A stretch of 49,538 bases of DNA from Chara braunii (GCA_003427395.1 BFEA01000005.1:3951292-4000829), one strand, 5' to 3'; shown: positions 25,060 through 38,300, counted from the first letter of the stretch. Notes: generated from the letters alone by a model not told the origin. A program made the numbers and translations.

Positions 25060-25943
25060 GTGGAAAGATCCCGATGATTCGGATCCACACAATACCACAC
25101 GAGCCATAAAATCTAAGAGGCGTGCGATATCCCAACCCTGATGAGGAAAAGATGGTGGTGGACTACCTGGACGACAAGATGCGCACGCACGTTGCTTACT
25201 ACTCTAGCGGGCCGTATGCTTCCCCTTGGTTTTGTTTCGTTAAGTCAAACGGGACGCTGCAGTGGGTACAAGATTTGCAGTGGCTAAATGCGGTGGCAAT
25301 GCGAGATGCGGGAGGTTTGTCGAACGCGGACGCATTGTAAGAGTCATGCGCAGGAAGGCCTATAATTTCGCTTATAGACCTCTACTCTGGGTATGACCAG
25401 TTTTCTGTATATCCGCCAGATAGGCCTGTAACGACAATGCATACGCCTAGAGGGCTAATTCATATGAATGTAGCCCCTCAGGGCTGGACGAATGCGGTGG
25501 CAATGGTGCAAAGACACATGATCAGAGCCATGCAAACGGTCAGTCCACACATCACCCAACCTTATATCCATGACTTGGCGGTCAAAGGCCCGAAGGAAAG
25601 AGAGGAAGACGAAGTGATGCCCAAAGTAAGGCGTTTTGTCTGGAAGCATGTCCAGGATCCTAATCGGGTCCTGAGCCTGTTGGAAGAATATAACCTTACA
25701 TCAAGTGGTCCAAATTCCAAGCACTATATGAGGGAAGCCACCATCTTGGGGTTTGTCTGTAATGAGAAAGGTCGAAGACCTTACGTGAAGAAGAAAGACA
25801 AGATCCTGGAGTGGCCACTACCTTTTCGTTCGATAACGGACGTAAGGAGCTTCCTCGACAGTGAATTCTGGAGGAGCTTTGTAAAAAACTTTACCGCTAA
25901 GACTGAGTATTTGAGAAAGCTGGTACGTCAGGACCAGGAATGA
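25060..25943 (+). pseudogene. pol: Reverse transcriptase domain of pol, disrupted
   Basis: PYASPWFCFVK, WVQDLQ.LN, IDLYSGYDQ, PQGWTNA, catalytic motif mutated to YIHD, VRSFL; in-frame stops present. Confidence 0.92.
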
Positions 25944-25970
25944 ATTTGAGGCGGAGATCGGGAAGAGGTT

Positions 25971-26420
25971 GTGAAGCGAATGAAGGAAGAGTTTAAAGAA
26001 GGAGGTTTGGTGTTAGGGGTGCCAAACTGTGAGGTTACAGAGGAGAAACCGTTCATCATCGAGACGGACGCTGGGCCAACTGCCCTGGGAGGAGTCTTGG
26101 TTCAGGCAGATGCCGATGAGAAGGAGAGGCCGCTGAGATTCGAGAGTCAGACTCTCAATACGACTGAGAGGAACTATTCTCAGTTTAAAAAGGAGACTCT
26201 TGTGGTACTCCATTGCCTGAGGATCTTCCGGAACTATGTTTTTGGCAGGAGGTTCATATTGAGGGTGGACCCCACTGCGCTCGCCTGTTCCCTAAAGAAT
26301 TATACACCATCGGACCCAACCGTCGCGAGATGGCTGACGTACATTTGGATGTTTAACTTTGAGTTGGAGAGGATTCCAGGGGACAAAAACAGGGTAGATG
26401 GGTTGAGCCGCATCAACTGG
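25971..26420 (+). pseudogene. pol: RNase H domain of pol
   Basis: FIIETDAG..LGGVL.Q, ERNYSQFKKE, FILRVD, RW, IPG.KN.VDGLSR. Confidence 0.92.
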
Positions 26421-26642
26421 GATGAGCCTGATCAAGGGTCGATAGAAGACACTCCGCCGATTGATGGGTTCTTGGGCCAAGAAGAAGACGCCCGCCTCCA
26501 TATAAATGAATGGTCCCTGCGAGTGCCTAGTTGTGTCAGCCACCCCATATGGCTAGCGCCTAGGGGGTATGAACAAAAAGAGGAGTTGGTCCTCAAGCCC
26601 TTTCAAGAGGAGGATCCATGGGGAAGTAAGGATGTCCACTAG

Positions 26643-28141
26643 ATGATGAAATTGGCATTGGCTGGTACACATAGTCTGGCGGAGGAAGCGAGGACGATAG
26701 AGGAGAGCCCCACTCAGGTAGAGGAGCATGAGCAGTTAATGGGAGGAATGTACCTGCTTACAAATACGCTTCTGCAAGGAGACTTTGACCGGAAGGGCTC
26801 ATTCAGTCCTATTGAGGGCGAGGACTTCGTTCCTGAAAGCCAGGATGATGAGTTCGAGGAAGGAAAGATCAAGGAAGTCTTCCGTGCGAAAGAATATAAT
26901 GGAATCTACCTGGAGTTAGGACTGCTCCTGTCCTGTGAGATGAAGAATAGAGATGTAAGTGATAAGGCGCAGAAGATAAGGCACCTGTATGTGGTAAGAG
27001 ATGACCATTTGTTCATAAAGCGACAGGTCAGGAATCCCAAGAGAATTATGTGCGGGAGGAACCGACAGATCGACATCATCGCGACATTGCACGACGGTAT
27101 AGCAGGAGGACACAGGGGATTAAATGCTATGTATGCAAAGATAAGCGAGCTATACTACTGGGATGAGATGCTGAACATGGTCATCGAGTATTGCCAGTCT
27201 TGCGTACCTTGCCAAGAAAGGTCACCGCAAAGGCCAGGGGAGCCCCTACACCCAAGATTGGAGAAGGAAGTAGGCGCGGCTGTACGTCTAGATCTACTCT
27301 TCATGCCGGTTGGGGAAAACGGATGTAATTACATCTTCGATGCGCGAGATAACCTTACCGGGTTTGTAGATGGTCGGGCTATTCGCACAAAGACCGGCCC
27401 AGTTTTGGCGAGCTGCATCGAAGAGTATTATCTATGCTACCCTTTCGTCAAAGAGTTCGTGATGGATCGAGGATCGAAGTTTACCTGTAACGAGGTGCGG
27501 ACTTTGCTTGCAAGGTATGGCGTGGTGGCGAATTATACTACTGCTGTACATCCTCAAGCAAATGCACCTGTGGAAAGGGGACACAGTACCATTACAAATC
27601 ACCTAGCCAAGTGGACGGAAGGCAAACCCGGCCAGTGGCCGAAGTTCTTGCGCGCAACTTTCTTTGTGGAGAATGTCACGGTGAAGAGAACTACCAAGTA
27701 CGCGCCAGCTACTCTGTGGTACGGAAGGCACGCCACCTTTCCCATAAAAAGTTTTATGAAAACCTGGAGGCGCCAAGACTTAGAGGTCAACCTGTCTTTC
27801 GAAGAGCTGCTCGATATTCGGGCGCGACAAGTAGGGGCTGCTGAAGAAAGGTTACGGGAGGCCGCCAATCAGGTAGAGAGGAGCCGCATGGATGATAAGA
27901 TGCGATGAGACCAGATGGCGCGAGTGAGGAAGGAACAATTGGGAGTTGGGGACGACTATTGCTGTACGACTCCTCCTTGGAGAAGCAATGATCGAGAAAG
28001 CTCACCAAAAAGTGGATGGGGCCCTATAGGATCTTGCGGTGCGGCGAATGTGGAGCCTACCAGATCGAGGAGCTGGACGGGACAGGATGGCAGGATTGGG
28101 TGTCAGGGACCAAGTTAAAGAAGTTTGTGGCCAGGAAATAG
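26643..28141 (+). pseudogene. pol: Integrase (acidic linker, HHCC, DDE core, GPY tail), disrupted near the 3' end
   Basis: LHDGIAGGH...CQSCVPCQ; LDLLF, VMDRG, NAPVERGH; KWMGPYRI tail after a stop and a frameshift. No chromodomain seen. Confidence 0.92.
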
Positions 28142-28319
28142 GTAAAGAGTTTCATACCCCCCAGAATAAACCATTGCCTAAAAGTGTCGCATGTCCTGGT
28201 TAGACTAAGTAGGGAAAGGAAGGGATAGGTATGTATGTGTTTGTCATAGACTCGATGAACCTGATGGCTGATCTCGTTGTGTGCCTGTTTGCTTCCTCTC
28301 GCCTGATGTGCAAGCCTAA

Positions 28320-30097
28320 CTTTCTGAAGACAGCCCTGCAGAGGGGCGGGAGGGGCTCACGACCACGACAGAGGCCCCTGGAGCATCTGGAGGGGATCAG
28401 CGCGGACCATTTGGGAGAGAGTCCACGCCTGTCTTCGACGATGATAACATAGAGCTCTTCTTAGACACCTACCAGGCTCATGCGACACGAGAGGGATGGT
28501 CTACCCTGGAGAGGATACGAAATCTGAGAGGGGTTGGACGTTTCGAAGAGCCTATAGCGCATATCCGAGAGGAGACTTTGACCTGGCCAGATGTGGAGGC
28601 AAGAATGCAGAGGTTAAGAGCTTCGCCGGTAGGACGCGATGGTTTGCCTATCCGGCTGGAGGAAGGCAATGCGGAGGAGTTCATTCCAGCCTATGAGCAG
28701 TATATGCACGATCAAGGGACCGCCCAGGAAGAGTGGATGCAGACATTGCTCCTCTGGACGCGAAGGGCGGAGAGGCCATTGGCAAGACAGATTCGGGATA
28801 GGGCGCGTGAGTGGGAAGATTGCCAGGCTCAGCTGAGGCAGGTATTCTGACGGCCAGAGCCTGAGAGGCCAGAGCCCAGGGTTTAGAGAAGGCAGAGAAG
28901 TAAGAGGCCACGAAACCCAGAGACGATGGGGGCCACTATGACGAGGAGGAGCCAGTGGGGCCTGTTCAGGCAGCAGGGCCACTCCCTACTCATGGACATG
29001 AGCAAGTGGAGTCTCGTCAGATCACTAGCAGTGACCTACGGGGCCCGTCGCCGAAATTGCCAGAGGAGGGGGAGGATGTACCATCGGAGACGCCGCTCGG
29101 AAGTCTGGAGGCCCACCTCGATGCGTCTCAATGGGGGACTTCGCAGTTGGGAGTAGATCCGGTTGAACCGGCACGGTACGAGCCGGCGGAAGGGCTACAA
29201 GGCCCTGAGCCAGGGACTGAGCCGCGTGAGCCAGGGGAGCTACAGACAGAGGAGGTTATTACCGTTGGGGACGATACACCTCCTCATACCCCGGTCCCGG
29301 AGCAGGTACGACAGCCCTGGCCAGAAGGGATTCCTGAGGCAGATAGTGGAGAGGTTTTAGCACCTGCGCCGGAGGCTATCACTTCGCCCAGGAAGGTGGC
29401 AGAGACAGGGGGGCAGGAGGAGGACGAAAGGGCGGGGGTGCGTACGACCGTCGACTCGTGGTTAGCCGAGCATCCGACCGAGCACTCAGATACTGAGATG
29501 CCAGCGTCCGATGAGCCACCGCCAGAGTTGTCGCATGTAGAGAGAGGGGTAAGTGCTAAGGCTCCGGCTCGAGAGACCCACGAGGCGCGGACAGGGAGAG
29601 CACTGAGAGAGACGGCTGAGGAGAAGTCTACGAGGGTGCAGGCTCGCCTCGCGGTGATATATGAAAAGAAAGTTAGGATGGAGGCCGCAGGTGTGGCGCC
29701 AACGCTGCCGGTTGATTCCGGGACGAGTGAGCAGAGGATCGATGAGATGTGGGCTAGGTACGAGAGAAGGAGGGATGCCGCCCGCCTAAGGTCGCAAGAG
29801 ACCGGACAGGAAGGCGAGAGGGCGGACGAGATAAAAGAGAATGAAGACTTGGGATTTTCCGCCGCCAGGATGGCGATCGAGCGAGCAGAGAGAAGGATAC
29901 GCCAGGCGGCGACCACGTCATTCCAACGATATACCCTGCTCAGTGATGAGCTGGTGGCTGCAAAATTGGAGGTGGAACAACTATCTACTCTGCTAGCGGA
30001 GGAGAGGGCAGAGAATCGAGCCTGGAAAACTCGTATGGAAGTTAGGGAAGTTGATGTCAGGACAATGGAGACCCAAGTGAGAATTCTGGCAGCATAA
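28320..30097 (+). pseudogene. Extra 3' ORF: two tandem Gag-capsid-like domains plus an acidic/Pro-rich region and a coiled coil
   Basis: The frame from ~28320 reads PVFDDDNIELFLDTYQAHATREGWS...W..VEARM, then LEEGNAEEFIPAYEQYM....EEW...W.DCQAQL. It is joined by stops and a frameshift to ORF 28955-30097. Confidence 0.7.
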
Positions 30098-30252
30098 TGT
30101 TGTGGTTTGCGTGATTTGATGGAGACCTCGAACCAGAGTCTGTCAGCTAATCGGATTGGTTCCTTTCTCGTTAGCATTTGGAGTATGGATGAATTTATAG
30201 CTTTTTGATTCGGCAAAGCGACGGGGACGTCGCTTAATATGGTCCGGTAAGC

Positions 30253-33200
30253 TGTCAGTGCGAATACCCGGACAAGGATATCCGTCATGGTTTTTACAAA
30301 CGACAGAAAATAAGTTTAGTTAAAAGTTTGAGTATACCACACGAGTCGCGGCAGTGTCCGTTGTTTATGCGGCTAATGGTTGACTAGAATAAAGGGTGTG
30401 TGGGCGCGCGGATTTCAGGCGCGCATGATCTTTTAAATTGTTGATGATTGTGAAAGTCGGCGTTGGTCGCCGGCTGGATTTTTATCCTAATTTAAACGGG
30501 GATTAAAAAGATTATGTCTCGCCTATGACTTGTTCGTATGTATGGGGGACGGCGTCGACAACAGTGTGGCTTCTGAAATTGTTTCGGTAGGTCGGCGGGT
30601 CGTGCAGTGCTCGTTTATTTAGGCGTCCGTCGGAGCTGAACCCAGATATGGGCCTAGCATCAGCGGTTACGGTGTCCGACTTTCATTAGAAAGGTTCACG
30701 GGTCGAGATCGGGTGGCGACGACGCGGGGGATATCAGAGTAGCACGAAGGGACTGAGGGGTCGAGGTCCCGGCGGGGCTATCCCCCTTGATTTTGCCGGC
30801 GGCGACTTCGGAAAGATGGTAATAATTTCCTTTCCCCTATTCGCCGTATTCCGACGATTAAAAGTCTATATATTTTATTTCATTATTTGTATTGACGTTA
30901 TTAATTTTTGCGTCAGTTATTTCTTGACTTGGACGTGACGCCGGGATTGGTGGCCGTCATGGCAGTCGAGGACCTTGATCACACGCCTCTTTATCTTGTC
31001 CGTCTTGAGAAAGAGGGGTGAGGAAAGTTGGCGGAACCGTTTGAACTTCCTGCGTGTTCAAGATGTTGACGATATTCCTTTATCTTGTCCGTCTTGAGAA
31101 AGAGGGGTGAGAAAATTTACGTGCATACGAACGGATGAGTGATTGAACCGCGAGGCGGAAGAAACCTGAATGGCGGGGATTGAAGCGGCGAGCCCTCCGC
31201 CAACTACAGTCTGTAGTAGAAAGGAGCGTGAGCATGGGTATTGGGTCCTAGAAAAGGATGATATGAGCCTGGGTGACGGCCGGGGCACTAGGAAGGGGCC
31301 TTGGTATGGCTCTGTTCGCCTGGAACCATGTTTCTACGGGGATTTTTCAAAGTCCTGATCTGGATAATTGCTACCACCATTGAGAGCCGCACCGGGCCGG
31401 TATGCCAGGGCATGTACGGCAGGCCACTCCTCTGAATCCGTAACCTGCTATCTGTGCGGGTGCCGCCTCTTGGGGGTCAGAGGCGGTGGGGAGCTCCACA
31501 TGAGTAGAATGAGGCAGGTGTAGTATAGGTTAGCAGTGATACTGCCGTAGGAATCATCTGTCGGGCTTGAGTATAGGGGCAAAAAGACCTAACGAACCAC
31601 CTAGTAGCTGGTTCCTTTTGAAGTTTCCCACGGGACAGTCGAAGCTGTTCGGCAGCTCCGCTGCCCGGCTGTGGGACCGAGCGCTGCAGCCGGAGGAAGC
31701 GTTGGGGGAGGCTCGCAGCGACACAGATCGGGCAGTAGGTGCCTAAAAGCCCGCTCGTCGGCTTTGAGGTATAGGGCAAAAGGTTATCGGACTGTCCTGT
31801 AGTTGCTCTCCCCGAAAAGTCCCTTAAGCTGAGCGGAACAGTCGGGAAGGCTGCAACACTAAGGCGCTGACGGGCTGGTGATGAAAGTGGTGAGAGGCCG
31901 TGAGCGTTATTGGTATGGGGAAGAAAAGGGTGACGCCGATGCGGTGGTGAAAATGGGCTGAGTGAATCCGGACGGGAAAGTGTGCCGGGTGAGTGCAGAG
32001 AAGGTGGCAAACTATGGCGAAGACAACAGGAGCATAGGAGTGAGAAACGTATAGCCCGCCCATTCCTTAGTGGAAATAGGTGGGGGAAGATGCGATATGG
32101 GGGTTTTAGAGTAGGGCGAATACGTTAGTAATGTTAGTTTTAGTGGTAGATTAGTAGAATAGGAGAAGAAAGAGAAGTTGGTGTGAGGAGCTGTGGAGGA
32201 GATGGGAAGAAGAGGGAGGAAGAGTGTGTAGAATGGTCATTTGGGTATGGAATTAGTCGGGGAGCGGTGCGTTCCTACTGTTTTAGAAGTGGACGAATCA
32301 GATTCTGAAGTCAAAATCGAAGGAAGGTTAGTAGATGAGCGGCTAGAAGTGAAACAGACAGCGTGGAGATGGCGGGAAGTGTGAAGGAAGGAGAGTAGGA
32401 AAATGCCTACCTCCCTCGTTTCTGAGCGGTTTCGAACGAAGGGGAGCTCGATTCTGGGGTTTTTTGACTCTACGAAACAATCTACGAAGTTAGATTTGAG
32501 GATAAATGTTTAGTTTAGGCCGGGTGGTGGAACAAGCTGCGCGCTGCATGACGGAAAACGACATCGAGAGCAGAGATAAAAATGACTGTGTATCTTCCCG
32601 AGCTTCAGGAGAAGATTCATTAACAAATTATACATTTAAAGATCGGCGATTCTGGCGTTGCCCCTTATACCCGCCATCCTGGCCAATGCTCTGGATGGGG
32701 TTAATCATCGTCATTATGAGGCCAGCCGCGAGATTAAAAGACTTACCTGTTGAGTCAAAGCACTTCTCACGTTGACGACGAAGCAACTCGGACAAGCGAT
32801 GGGGTTGCAGACTAACAGACCGACCAGTGAGCCGTCGATATCATCAGCGGAGATGACAAAGACACTAGTCACGAGATGGGGGAAGGTGTGGCCGATCATT
32901 TGCTAACGAATTGAAGCGAAGGAGAAGAGAGAGTTCGAGGGAGGTGGGGCGCACGTACCTAAGGTTGTAGTGGGGCGAGGAGACTGCGAACGACATAATT
33001 AGGTGGAGGGTGGCAAACGGGGAGCGAACAACGGAAGGTGGAGACCCGTGTGCTAATCGTGCACTGCTCATGGAGCCACCGCTAGCAAAAAGGGGGGGGG
33101 GCGTCCGTGGAAGTTGACGAAATGATTTGATTGACCAGTACGTCATATCTGGTGGCCGCTACATTGGCTCACTTTATCTGTAGAAGTGGTGGGAGGGTGC

Positions 33201-36200
33201 AGGCGGAGAAAGGGACGGTGTGAAGAGGGGCAACAACCAGCATTGGGTTGCAAATTGGGCAATAAGCGATTGCCCGCAGAAGTTGGCAGCTTCAGATGCA
33301 TCGATTCAATCACTATTGCCCACAACGACCTTGTCGAGCCACAGACTACGCAGCCTGGGCGCCGTGTACATGTGAGAAGCGGAGGTACTATTGTTAAAAT
33401 TATTGAGGGGTAGGAACGACTGTGGCAATTGGTGTAGGACCTTTACTGTAGAATGTGCTTGCCGACTTGACTGATAGCGGAGCGGATCGCTAGTGTTTCC
33501 CGAATAGTTCAATCTACGAAACGCTGCTCATCATACTGATCGAAGCAGCCTCAGTGCAGGTCTAGCTGGGGGCTGGATGCTTGTTAGGACCGGGTGAGGG
33601 CTACACAGTCGACATCTAAGCACACTCCCTCTGCTGCTTGAACTGCTGGTCCGCGTTGTCGTTGGCATTATGGCGTAGGAAAAGACCGTGCTCCTCAGCT
33701 TGGTCCGTATCTCAAGCTGTGGCTAAAGCTGTGGCTAGTGCGTTTTCGAAAACACGAGCGCGGCGGAGTGGCCGAGTCATTTAAGGAGGGGTCATCGTTG
33801 CGACTTGGAGAGTCGTTAGAAAGTCAACAGTTGAACGTTGGCTGCTGTTGGCCGTTGTCGGCTGCTGCAGGTTGTGGCAGACTGTTGCTGGCTGACTGCT
33901 GACGGCTACAGACCAGGGCAAACTGCTGCTATCTGACTGTTGACCGATACAGGTTGCCTCAGACTACTGTGTAGCGACGATTGGTATAAAAAGAGGTGCT
34001 AGGACTTATAGGGGTAAACGGGGTTGTTGCGACAATTTGGAAGGTCGTCTGGGAGTTGAATTCAACAGTTTGACTTCAGGATTTGATCAAGCTGTTGCGG
34101 CCTGACCATCATTGCGGGGCCCTCAGGCGAGTGAAGGTATCAAGGCCCTCTCTTGGGAGTTGAGTTGTCCCTCTCTTGTATCTCGAGCGTCTGAAACCCG
34201 TTATCTTTTGCCTTTCTTACTCTAAGTCTAGTCCTGGTCTGAGAGGAAGGCGGCAAGCGGGATTGCAACCCGTAGGACCGCAGCAAGGCCTACGTGGGAG
34301 GTTATCCCACCGATTGCGGGAGCTCTGCTGGAACTAAGGAGGGGTTCTGGAGGCAGGGAGCTGAGAGGTAATCACCCATTTCCCTCTATAAACCGAGATT
34401 ATAGCCCCTATCTGTATTGCCCATTGCATGTTTGACTGAGTATATGGTATGCGGCCCTACTTTGATTTTTTGTCTGACTTTCAAGACTTAATTTCAGATT
34501 AAATAAAAGAATGGTTGGACAAGTTCGGTTTTAAACTTTGTTGACTCTGTGAAAGCAGACTGTTTAAAGAGATTGCATCTGGGAAAGGGCAGGTTGGGAA
34601 GCAGTCTTGCGTGAGGTTTGACTGGGTTATCAAGGCTGGGAGGTCCCCATAAGTTTGGAGAGACCCAATGCTTTGTTTTATTTTGGATTGTGTGGAGCAT
34701 CAGACCATTCTATAAGTTTAGGTGGTCTGATTGTTCTAGAGGCTGGGAAGTCCCCATAAGTCTTGGGAGACCTAGTGCTGTGGATTTGTATTGAGAATCA
34801 GATGATTCTATAAGTTTAGGTGATCTGGTTGCTCTGACTTGCGAGGGCTGCTTGTGATTGACTTTTTGAGGGGCCAAGTGCGTTCTGTAAGTTCAGGTGC
34901 TTTGGTGCCTTGTTTTTTTGGGTTTTCATATGTTTATTAGGTTCTATAAGTTTAGGTGGTCTAGCCCAATGCCACGCACGAATTGGATCAGAGGGAAACA
35001 AATCAGGCAGAGAGCCGGACTTTTCTGTAAGTTCAGGTGGTCTGACTCAAAACCCGTATATGTTGGAACCCAATGATATAATTTGGCTATATTTTATTAC
35101 TATTTTATTTATGAACAAGCTAGTCAGACTATTTTATAAGTTTAGGTAGTCTGACTATAGCTTATCACAATCTGGAGAGAGTATAACTGAGAGTATAACT
35201 GAAGGTAACTAGGGCCGACTGAGCATTGTTTCTAATATGAATGACTCAGTTTTACGCCCACTTTCAAGATTAAGTTCAGAGAGATATATACAATCTAGCT
35301 ACTTAAACAGTTCAGAGCGACCAGAATGGTCTAGTCATATGCCCAAAGAAGAGAGAAGTAGTTGTGCCCTCTGTTCTGTGTATAGTTTTTGCCTAAGTTG
35401 GACTCATTCCATAAGTTTTTGTGGCCTGACTTTATATAGCACTTTCTCTACGGGAAGCACTGCCGAAATTTCTACAAATATAATGAGTTGGTTAAATTTT
35501 GTCTTAACTGAACTCAGGTTTTTATATTTGAGTTCATTTCTGACTTTGTATAAATCTGGAAAGTTTCCCTTTCTAGAGGAAGTGCGGCCTTATGTTTTAC
35601 TAATTCAGGGAGTTAGACAAAATCTTCACTTTCTATAATAAAAAGTTTGATTTTTGACCTAGCGTAAATTCTGTGAGGGCACTTTTCCTACGGGAAGGGC
35701 TGCCGAAATTTTCTTAATTTAGAGGAGTTAGATTATATTTTGACAGGTGACGATTCTGGAAAATCCATTCTGTATAGGGGATATTCGGCTAGAGTCTACC
35801 TTTCCTTTGACATTTGCTTAAAGGTAGAATTACACATTATTTAATTAGGATGGTTTGAGCGAGATCGTGATAAGGGGATTATTATCCCTGGATTCATAGA
35901 TTTAGTTTGGGGGATTGGCCTGTCATGTGTTACAGGTCCTTTTAATCGATTGATTCAGGATTTAGGCTAGATTCAGCTTGATCCTGCGAGGATCATCTTC
36001 TGTTATCACTGATAACAGGTCGGTTGCCGATTTGTCGGTTTACGACTCAACCTCAATCCACCCTCAACACTCAACCTAAAAGGCTATAGCCCTGGTGATT
36101 TTACTGTTTTGTTAAGGTTTCACCCGAGTTTTTATTGAAGGTTTCACCCGGACTTTTATTGAATGGTTTACAAAGGTACTGAGTATTTAATTATGGTTGG

Positions 36201-37497
36201 TTGGACAGGAGGTCGGGGCTTGCATGGCTTAAGCAAGAGTATGAGTGTAGAGGTTGGTTGAAGTTGAGTGTATGTAGTGTGTGGACTTTTTGTTTGACTC
36301 TTTGATGTGATGGCAGGTATGTATGGTGGTTAGGATCTGGATTGGCCTACCTGTGATCATACATATGTATAAGTGGCTGTGAGGAGTCTCACTGTGATTG
36401 TGAGAAGTGGTCATCACATACTTATCTCCCTTATAAATATACAAAGATATATATGCACCTATGTTGAGAGTTCGCGCGGCCTGAGGGGCCCGCGTATTAA
36501 GGGTTGAATAGGGGTTGAGGCTGAGAAAATGCAGAAAAGGCCCTCCGCTGATTGTATACTTGTTGGTGATCTCTTAGTCGGACGTTGGTCCTGGGCTGGG
36601 ATTCAAAGTCCTTGTCCAGGACATCCCAAACCCTAGACTCTGAATACAAGGGATTACCCCCCGGGCATAGCCTATTTGCCTTGCCTGTTGAGACACTCAG
36701 GCCAAGGGCCGGATGTCTCCCGGTGGCTGCACGGCTATTCCTTTAGCCGTGCAATATCGTGAGGGAACAGACCCTCACGGCACTTCGAGTCTTACACATG
36801 AGTGTCATAAGCGGTACTCGGATCCACGAGGGACCGCTTGATTATGAGCACTACATAGTACGCCATCATTGCGACTGCTTGCGCGCGCTTGCATTGTGAG
36901 TCGATACGAGTAAGTCCTGCGTCCGCGCGGTTTTTATACTAAGTCTCGCGCGTGACGCCTATTTCCGCATCGGAGAGTTATGGGATGGCTAACGAGGGAC
37001 TAGAAGTGTTGTCGCATTGTTTTTTTTTTTTAAATGTTCTTTAGAGTGATGTGTGCGTGGTGAGTGGGATACGTCCTAGTCGACCGACGTCGGACCACAC
37101 TTGGGACTTCGGCCCCCCAGGATGTCGATTCCCGTGCGGGTCCGATAGAGGCGTATAACCACACGTATCCCCTATGCTATAACGAATGAGAAAGACCCTC
37201 GGCTGGTCCACCTTTGCGATTGCAACTGATTAACTTTCGTATTGTGGACCGGTAGTTCGGAGGGAATACGCCCACCGAAGGGAGGTGACAACTCCCGTAA
37301 GGTGGAGGTAAGGTGTGTCGCGCGTATGCCCTATCATGTCGTAGGGGCTCGCGAGAGGTATGGCTAGCGCACTCGGTCGGAGCGGCTTGCGGAAGCCCCA
37401 TGTATATTCGCGACGAGGATTAAGAACCAATGCCTGCGTGGCGCGACTGGGAGGGTCCCCCGCTGCCCAGTGCGGTGTCGGACCGATGAGCTCGACA
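30253..37497 (+). repeat. 3' LTR of element 1 (7245 bp)
   Basis: TGTCAG...TCGACA; colinear with the 5' LTR apart from several indels. Confidence 0.93.
30690..33230 (+). pseudogene. LSU rRNA-derived mosaic, second copy in the 3' LTR
   Basis: 31566-31638 CTTGAGTATAGGGGCAAAAAGACCTAACGAACCACCTAGTAGCTGGTTCCTTTTGAAGTTTCCC; also GCCGGAGGAAGCGTTGGGGGAGGCTCGCAGCGACAC at ~31688. Confidence 0.7.
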
Positions 37498-38300
37498 ACG
37501 TTTCTCACATACTTGCGAAACACATTCCTCAAAACACTAGTGTAACTTTCACCGACATGAAGGTTTTGACCACGTCAAAGGTTTTGATTTTTCAAAAATG
37601 AAATTGACTTAGTGATGTAGTAGTGACAAGTTGACTAAAGGCCCTAAATGAAGGCTATAAGTGAAAGATGCAAGACATAAGGGAAGACCCTAAGTGAAGA
37701 CCCTATGCAAAGGTTGTAACTAAAATATGAAAGTCCTAAGTAAAGGACTTATGTCAAAGTTCTGGCCAAAAGACAAAGGCCCTAAGTGAAGGTCGGGCTC
37801 AATCTGGCCGTAAGGGAAGGATATACGAGAAAGATACAAGCCATATAGAAAGGCCCTAAGTGAAGGTCTTATAAGCGAAAGATGCAAGCCATATGGTTGT
37901 AACTAAAGGATACAAGCCCTAACCAAAAGCCATAGGTGAAACTTCTGACCAAAAGACAAAGGCCCTAACTAAAGGTCATATTTGATTCTAAACAATTTTC
38001 ACTAAACACCCTAAGTGAAGACTTCATCTAAAAACTGCAAGACATAAGCAAAAACCCTAAGAAAGAACCTTGTCTAAAGGTTATACTTGAAACACAAAAG
38101 CCCTAACACATAGATACAAAAACACACCAAAAAAATGCAAGCCATATTTCGCAAAGGTTGTAACTGAAAGATTAAACACCTAGCTAAAGGTTATAAAAAC
38201 CCTAATTGATAATAAATATTTTTTCACTAAAAACCTTAAGTGAAAGCTTCAACTAGAAACTCTAAGACATAAGCAAAAACCCTAAGAAACACTTGATTAA
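37498..38300. repeat. Continuation of the host degenerate repeat interrupted by element 1
   Basis: 37498-37960 matches 12741-13220. Confidence 0.8.

Larger units (their letters stand above)
13393..37497 (+). mobile_element. Full-length decayed Ty3/gypsy LTR retrotransposon (24.1 kb)
   Basis: Paired LTRs with TGTC...GACA ends; ACGT duplicated at 13389-92 and 37498-501; PBS; domain order gag-PR-RT-RH-INT. Confidence 0.95.

Noticed and set aside
28955-30097. Envelope gene
   Set aside because: No signal peptide or transmembrane segment; the protein is acidic and coiled-coil.
29284-30288. 334-aa antisense ORF
   Set aside because: Most likely the shadow of the sense ORF; Ser/Ala-rich with no motif.
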